Assembly: GCF_009914755.1 (NCBI RefSeq)
Contig: NC_060944.1
Strand: one strand, 5' to 3'
DNA from: the human T2T-CHM13v2.0 reference genome, Homo sapiens
DNA length: 64,000 nt
Below are positions 56,760-64,000 of this stretch, one piece after another. The notes beneath the pieces are model-generated. The model saw nothing but the letters and a program-made list of their open reading frames with translations, made no database searches and was not told the DNA's origin. The position numbers and the translations under genes were made by a program. The stretch's first letter is position 1, and every line of letters begins with the position of its first letter.

Positions 56760-57355
56760 ACTGTGGGGGAGATGAAGACTTTCTGCAGAGGCTGCAGTGA
56801 GGAGGGGCAGCTGGGGGTGGGGACAGAAGGTTCTCACATATGAGGGTGGGGGACGAAGGGACAGAAGGTTCTAGCATATAAGGGGAGGAGGAGGATGAGG
56901 ATGAAGGAGTGATTCCCCCAGAGGAAGGACAGCAGATCCCACAAACAGAGGATGGTGGTTCTTGTGGACTGAAGGAGGCAGTTTCCATACACTGAGGACA
57001 GCTTTTCTCCCAGATGGAAGGAGAAAATAGGTGGTTCCCATGGACTGAGGGAGGATGAAGGAAGAAAGTGGTTCCCAGAGACCAAGGGAGGTGGTTTCTA
57101 CAGATGGATGGAGGAGAGAGGCACTTCTCATAGACAAGGCAGGTGGTTCTCACAGCCTGAGGGAAGAGGGAGGAAGGAGGTGGTTCCCAGAGGCAGAAGG
57201 AGTAGGGAGGCAGTTTTCACAGAGGGAGGAGGGAGAAAGAAAATGGTTCCAAGATACCAAGGGAGGTGGTTCCTTCAGATGCAGGAAGGAAGTTCTCACA
57301 GATAGAAGGAAGTGGTTCTTACAGACATAGGGAGGCAGTTCCCACAGGATGTGGG
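56760..57355. repeat. Degenerate purine-rich minisatellite, ~23 bp core
   Basis: Recurring GGAGG(T/C)(G/A)GTT(C/T)(C/T)CACAGA-like unit, about 19 copies by eye. Confidence 0.8.
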
Positions 57356-57702
57356 GAGTGGGTGGTTAAGATCCACCAAGGCTGCAGGGTCTGATCTAGG
57401 TATTACTCTTGCAAAGAGGTTGACTATGTAAAGGGAGAGGACCTATGTATTTTATGGCCATCTGGTCAGGCTGGCAGGAGGAGGTCAGATTGCCCTGGGA
57501 GGCTTGGTGCATTATGGGACTAGAGTGACTTTTCTTGGAGCCAAAGGCCTGTCCGTGGCTTCTTTTACTCAAGCTGTACACTGTCTCTGCTTACTGGCCT
57601 GCTTGCATGCTGCAGGCCCTGCTCAGAGAACCTGCCCCACTGCCTTGTCTGCTTAGCTGTAGCCATTGGACCAAGGGGCATCTGCTGATCTGTTGTCAGA
57701 CA

Positions 57703-57853
57703 TCTCTCATTGCTGTGAGATGCCCATGCATAGCTCAGAACTTGGCATACAGACTGTTCATTAAATATTTGTTGGATGTGTGCTGGAGTCCCCACTGTAC
57801 CTAGAAGAAATGGAAGTGTGGAAAGATTAAGAAATTTGCACAAAGTCACTTGG
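57703..57853 (+). repeat. Locally templated insertion flanked by a 13-bp direct repeat (partner 58765-58897)
   Basis: ctgttgtcagaca at 57690-57702 and 57854-57866; interior aligns to 58765-58897. Confidence 0.9.
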
Positions 57854-58379
57854 CTGTTGTCAGACAAGGAGATCAATCACATTCTCTCTTAAGAATATAA
57901 TTTGGAGACATAAAATAGGAGTTGGTAGACGGCATTTGAGCTAAAAGTTCATGCACAGTTGGGGCTGGAGTTGGTGTCTTGACAACCTAATTTATTTGAA
58001 TTATTGGGTGACAGGTGGGGGTGAGTAGGCAAAAAACGTACAATGAAAGAAACCCCTCTGAAGAGGAGATAAAGCTGACTGCAGAGAAAAGTGGAGATCA
58101 AAAGACAGAGACAGATGTAGAGAAAGAGAAGAAAGGTGCACTCTTCCTTCCTTCCTGAATGGGAGCAGGTTTGAATGAGTTCAAGACCCTCCCAGGGCTG
58201 AGCTTCTGGCCTGAATGCCTTGGGCACTCAGTCTTTGCTGAGGCAGGTACAGGACAGACATTTTCTCACTGGATTTTCACCGTCGTCTTGTACTGTGTGT
58301 TTCCCATTTTATGGTTGGGAAAACTGAAGCTCTGATTGGTGACAAATGCCCAGGGGCACACAACTGGGAGGACACAGAG

Positions 58380-58830
58380 GCCAGATTGAAAACTACTCTT
58401 TTCTAGCTCACTGCTCTCTAGCCACACTGGCCTGGGACAACCCCCAGTCCTGTCTCGGGGTCTTTGCACTTTCTGTCCCTCTGCCTGAAACACTTTATCC
58501 TTATGTCCACGTAACTGGCTCTTTCTGAACCTTGAGGTCTCAGCTTGGTGTTGCCTGCTTGAGAAAGTTCCCCTGGTCACCCTGTCTAAAGCAGCCACTA
58601 CAAGCTTTTATTCAGTAATAGCCCTTTGGGGTTGCTGTTGCTGTTGTTTATTAGTTTTGGTCTACACGGCATTTATCACAATTGGTAATTATTTTATTGA
58701 TTCAATGATTTAACGATTCACACACATCCTGTAAGCTCCATGGAGAGAGGCATGGCCTGTGTTTTTGCTGTGAGATGCCCATGCATAGCTCTGAACTTGG
58801 GCATACATATTATGTTCATTAAAAATTTGT
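58380..58830 (+). mobile_element. L2 3' region
   Basis: ctctagccacactggcct...ggtctttgcactttctgtccctctgcctgaaacacttt...tgtaagctccatggag...ttcattaaaaatttgttgga. Confidence 0.8.
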
Positions 58831-58837
58831 TGGAGTC

Positions 58838-58975
58838 TCCATTTTACCTAGAAGGAACGGAAGTGTGGAAGGATTAAGAAATTTGCCCAAAGTCACTGAG
58901 AAAACGAATAGCTGGAGCAGGGGTTGAACCAGCATCTGATCCAGCTCCAGAGTCCACACTCTTCTTCGACTGTCA
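58838..58975 (-). mobile_element. MIR SINE
   Basis: ccattttacc...attaagaaatttgcccaaagtcac...ggggttgaacc...ctccagagtccacactctt. Confidence 0.7.
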
Positions 58976-59819
58976 CACTAGGAAATTTCCATGTACTCCT
59001 CCTTTGTGAAAATCACCGTTTCTCTGGGCTGGAAGATGTGGCAGAAAAGGCTGTCTCCCACTGGTCTGGGCAGTGAGCACACTCCACACCCCTGCTGTTT
59101 ACCCCCTGTCCTGAGCTGCAGTGGTCAGGACGTCAAGGTTCAAGACTCAGCCCTGTGCTAGCTTGCTGTGGGAACTTAGGTGATCAATTACCTGTGCGTG
59201 TCTCGTCTCCTGCCAGCCATGTGGCTGAGGCCCTGCTGTGCCCTGTGCTGAATGAAGACACAGAGAGAGAGTCAGGAGTGTCCAGGAGCAGGGTGGGTGT
59301 TGAAGTGCCTGCTCAGCTTCTGCCATATTTCATTGTCATAGCTATCAACCTTCCTTAATTTCAAAGGTGAGTTTGAGCACCTGGGAGTGAGGGGAGAGGG
59401 ATGCCAAGGGTCAAAGGCGAAGCATGGCAGAAGACAGGTCACTGCTGCCACAGGCACTCAATGTCTCTCCCTCTGGGAGTGGGCTAGGGGGATGTTTATA
59501 CTCTTGAAAGCAAGAAACTAGGCACTGGAGGGGCTTTAGGAGGTGAGGAGTGGAAAGAGTCTGCTGCCCTGGTTCACTGAGGTGGAAGCCAATAGAAGAG
59601 GAGGGCACTTGGTGCCTGGGCATGGAGGGGAACTCTGACTATCCTGTCCCTGCTCCCAAGACCAAGAAGAGCACTGGGGCCACTCCTGGGCGCTGACTCC
59701 CTGCACTCTGGCTCAGCTATGTGGAGGAGGCCCCTGGGAGAGGGGCCTGGGGGGGCCACCAAAGAGGAGGTGGACGAAAAGCCATCCTGCTGTGTCTCCC
59801 TGAAGCAGCACGAGCACAC

Positions 59820-60215
59820 GCAATTATAAGACAGTGGGCAGATGACAGAGTTAGTTAATGTAACAAGCCCTTTAAGCATTTAGCCACATTCGAGTGTTTA
59901 ATCAGCTGTGTAAAGTGCAATATCTATCTTTCAATTTTATGCCATTAGGGGAGACAAGATTTTGATTAGGTACTTAATCTGTGCACGGAAAAAACAGGCC
60001 CACAGCAAGCCCACGATGGGGAGGGAAAGGGACATTGGACGGGGGATTCGATAAAGGGGAAAGACAGAAATTTAACATAAAAGAGAATTAGTGCAGCTCC
60101 TTTCAATTTAGTGCCCAGGCTTTATGGCCTAATCAATTAGAGGCCTGGCCAAGCCTGCTGGGAAGCTGCTCGGCTGGGCTGGAGGCTCGGCCATATTAAT
60201 TCCTTTCATTACGCG
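59820..60215. promoter_or_regulatory. Candidate developmental enhancer (homeodomain-motif-dense, repeat-free)
   Basis: TTTATGGC abutting palindromic CTAATCAATTAG (60121-60140), TTAATC twice, TGACAG, CATAAAA, ATTAAT; several retained CpGs. Confidence 0.5.
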
Positions 60216-60419
60216 GGGGTCAGGCTGAGGGCTTTGGGGGGGCTCGGCAAGGAGTGGGTCACTTCTCGGGCACTGGCTCTAGAAGCCAGGGGAGGAGGTC
60301 AAATGGTGTCATGCTGGACAGGAAGTGTCCTGGGGGCTCAAGGAGGGCTGGGTACCCAGTAGGGTGGGACTGAGAGGGTTCTGGGGGGGTGCAGGCCCAT
60401 GAGGTGGTGTAAAGTGGTG

Positions 60420-60660
60420 GGTGAGCCCTTTAGTTGTGGAGTAGGAGAGGCCTGGGTTTGCAGACCAGCTTTGTGACCTATTGGCTGTGTGATCTTGGAC
60501 AAATTACTTGGCCTCTCTGTGCTGCAGTTTTCTGTAGAACTACAACTGTGGCTACTCCAAAGGGTTGCCATGAAGAGAAAAAGAAAGTAGCATGCAAAGA
60601 GCTTACTTAGCATAGTATGTGGCTGAGTGAGCACTCACTCAATGTTAGCTATTATTGTTA
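60420..60660 (+). mobile_element. MIR SINE
   Basis: gctgtgtgatcttggacaaattacttggcctctctgtgctgcagtttt...gcttacttagcatagt. Confidence 0.75.
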
Positions 60661-61509
60661 TTTGTTTCTAATACTATTATATGTGCCACTGGAGGTAACA
60701 TTTTAACAGGCAGGAGCTTTAACTGCCACCACCACCACTTCCTTTACACACCAGTCATTGTGCTAGATGCTCTTTCTATTACTAACAGTAGTTTTACAGG
60801 TTGGTGCTATTGCCTGCAGTTTACAAATGGGGAAAGTGAGGTTAAACAACTTGTCCAATGTCACACAGTGTTGGAGGCCCCAGAATTAACACTTTCTCTC
60901 ATGGTCCTTCCTATCACAGGGTGCTCACTCCTTGCTCTCATGGCAGAGTTAAATGGGACTGAATTCCTTAATGGTAGAGGTCACCAGGAAAGGGTAGCCT
61001 TCCTAAATGTTCCCAAGGGCTCTAGATCTTAACAAGTCACCTTCCAGTTACTGAGTGAATTGTAGAAAAGATGCCTGAGGCTGGGCCAGTGACCTTTACA
61101 GAATCATGGAGACCTTAAACCCTGGGAAACGAAAGTTGGTATCCTGAAAGTTTTCTTAAGCCATGGCCCATGAAAGACAGAAAAAGTAGGGCTGCTTGGG
61201 GTGGAATGGAAATGAACAGCTGGGTCGCCTTCACCACCTCCTCTGTGGCTCTAGCATGTCCTGAGAGGCACCTGGGCAGGACCTCAGGGTCCAGAGAGCC
61301 CACTGTGAAACCCCTAGAGCTGTGAGTGAGTTGGATGCAGAGTTCAGGTGGTAAAGCTCTAGAGGGACTGTTAAAGAAAAGCCGGGAAGGAAGTGGAGAC
61401 CGTTGGAACCAGCAAATGTGTCAGTTGAAGGGGCTTTTCTTCTTTAGCAGATATGGGAAGGGGGTGAGGGAGCATGCTAAGATTTATTGGGCACCTGTTG
61501 GCTGACTTC

Positions 61510-61890
61510 TCGCTCAGTAGCTGTGAGACTTAGGGCAAATCATTCACTTTCTCTTGCCAGTTTCTTCAGTTGTAACCTGGAGTGATCATGGTTCCTTCCT
61601 CACAGGCTGGTTGTGAGGAGGGGATAAGCTGATGTATGTCAAGTGCCGAGAACCCTATGTGGCACTGAGCTGAGTAGGGATTTGAATAAATATTAATTAT
61701 TGCTATTACCGGCTGTTACCTCAGCACTTTCTAAGTGACAGGCCCAGTGCTAGGAACTGTATATGTGATACCATCCCATGCCATTCCTGTGCCACCTGTG
61801 TGGGTTGTTGATATGGTGTCAGTTACAGCGATGAAAAGTTTAAGTTCAGAGAGATGAAGTGACCTGTCTGATATCACACAGCTGGTGTGC
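61510..61890. mobile_element. Two MIRs tail-to-tail (+ then -)
   Basis: tagctgtgagacttagggcaaatcattcac...; then gttcagagagatgaagtgacctgtctgatatcacacagctg. Confidence 0.65.
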
Positions 61891-62779
61891 AATGGGGAGG
61901 AGACCATCTCCTTGACCGCTAGTTGCTTCTAAAGGCCTTCTTCCATGAAGTGCCACCTCGACAGGCATATGGTATGGCCAGAGTGAATCTAAACTCCAGC
62001 AGGACATTTGGGAAATTATGTAATCTGTTCAACATGTATTTGTTGAACACCTACTATGTGCCACATACCATAAGCCCTGTGAAGGTAGGACTCACATCTG
62101 TCATTGCCACTGCCACCGAGGAACCACTTCACATGTTTGTATAATGAATGAATGGGTGAGTGAATGGATGTTATACTGAGCCACATCCTCAGTATCCTTG
62201 AGGAGAGGGTGGAGAGACGTGAATGACTTGATTTTGGTATTAGGTGGAGTGGGAGGCAACATGATAGAGTGGACAGAAAAATGAGAATCTCTGGATTGGA
62301 ATCCTGGACTTCTCTCTCTGCAGTTAGATGAGATGTGTAACCTCTCTGAGCCACTTTCTTGTGTTTGGCAGGGGCAGGACAAAAGTCCTGCTCTTCTTGC
62401 CTTTTCCCCTGGCTGAGATGATCAAGGGAAATTTCTTGGCTCAAGGTCTGGCGCATGATAGAGGCTCAATGAATGTTACTTGCTATCCATCCTGCTTTTT
62501 TTTTTTTCTTGAATGATCAATAAATCAGTGAACCCATAGTTGGTATCAGCCACGAGGGAATCTTTTATTGAGGTGTCATTAGGGTTTGTCCTTGATCTCT
62601 CCCTGTTGACATTTTCAGAAATATGTCAAATAAGCATGAAACAACAGTCCAATTACTGCTCCCAGGGCATCCTGTTCTTCATAGTATGATCCTTGGTTTT
62701 AAATCCTGTGCTGCTTTTGTCTATTAGACTAGATTTCCACTAGGGTAGGGAATTAATCTTGCTCATTGGAGCAGACTAG

Positions 62780-63091
<312 letters not shown>

Positions 63092-63385
63092 TCAGAACAT
63101 GTTTTTGCCAAAGGACTAAATAAATGGATGGATGAGAGACAGAGATGGCCTTGCAGTACCGTTGTTGATGGGACATAGATGGGCAGGATAGTTTATTGTG
63201 CAGTAGCACCAAACATAAGAAGCTTTCTTGAGGTGATAGCACTGGGCTGAGTTTTACAGAATAAAATTGGACGGACAAAACTGTCAGCCTCTGCACACGG
63301 ATCCTGTAAACCAGCTGTATAAACATAAGCGTGGGTGAGAGCGACCACTTAACCTTGTCCTTCTTGATTCCTTAGTCGTTTGGAG

Positions 63386-63600
63386 CAGAGGTTGGCAATG
63401 TTTTCTACAAATGGCCAGACAGTAAATATTTTAGGCTTTGAGGACCCTGCAGTCTCTGTTGCCGCTATTCAAGTCTTGTTGTAAAAGCAGCCTTAGACAG
63501 TATCTAAGCAAAGGAGTGTAGCTGTGTGCCAGTAAAACTTTATTTACAAAAGCAGGCAGCCAGCAGATTTGGCCCGTGGGTGGGTGGTTGCCAATTCCTG
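63386..63600. mobile_element. MER58A (hAT-Charlie), full length
   Basis: cagaggttggcaa...ggccagacagtaaatattttaggcttt...gtgccagtaaaactttatttacaaaa...gttgccaattcctg. Confidence 0.9.
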
Positions 63601-64000
63601 ATTTAAAATACAGCCCCAGGGAGTAATCTTACAGCCATACAGCTTCACATCCACCTTAATTAACATTGACTCTGGGCAGCTGTGCTCCCATTTCACAGAG
63701 GAGAACACTGAGGCGGATAGGCAAAGAGTCTGTTGCAGAGCTGGACTCAGCAGGGCTGTTGCTCCAGACATGGCAAAAAATATCAGCTGCCACGGAACAC
63801 ATTATACGTCACGCACTTAACATGCATCATCCACAGAGCATCCTCATTGACCTGGAGAGGTCTATCCTCTTATTCTCCTTTTTACGGTTGAATAAACCTG
63901 GGCTCAAGGAGGTTAAATGACTGACTTATGGTCCCACAGCAAATGATTTAGCATTTATTTAAGAAGATTTATTGAGCATCCACTCTCTTCCAGATGCTTT

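Noticed and set aside
56760-57355. Repeat-spacer look (CRISPR-like)
   Set aside because: Eukaryotic context, degenerate units and no unique fixed-length spacers; it is a minisatellite

Overview
Primate (human-like) non-coding euchromatic DNA, either intergenic or deep intronic. I find no supportable protein-coding exon, RNA gene or CpG-island promoter. The ORF track is explained by chance, Alu-derived frames, an L1 ORF2 C-terminus (5808-6146) and an L2 ORF2 remnant (23228-23647). By eye about half or more of the window is interspersed repeat: about 12 Alu/FAM copies (most with readable target-site duplications, TSDs), several L1 fragments, many L2, MIR and L3/CR1 relics, MaLR and ERVL LTRs, and DNA-transposon MITEs. 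Repeat-free islands rich in homeodomain, TALE, SOX and T-box motifs (about 2.7, 7.1, 22.2, 26.6, 33.2, 39.0, 44.0 and 60.0 kb) look like developmental enhancers. The most unusual signal is a set of locally templated insertions. A ~150 bp segment copied from ~1 kb away is flanked by a 13-bp direct repeat with no poly(A) (57690-57866). A ~185 bp segment is duplicated at a 2.75 kb offset (37753 and 40503). An exact 25-mer is copied from a MER20 1.6 kb away (36039). There are also patchwork filler insertions inside an Alu and inside L1s. Family and subfamily names come from recalled consensus sequences, not from a database run, and repeat boundaries are approximate unless TSDs are given.
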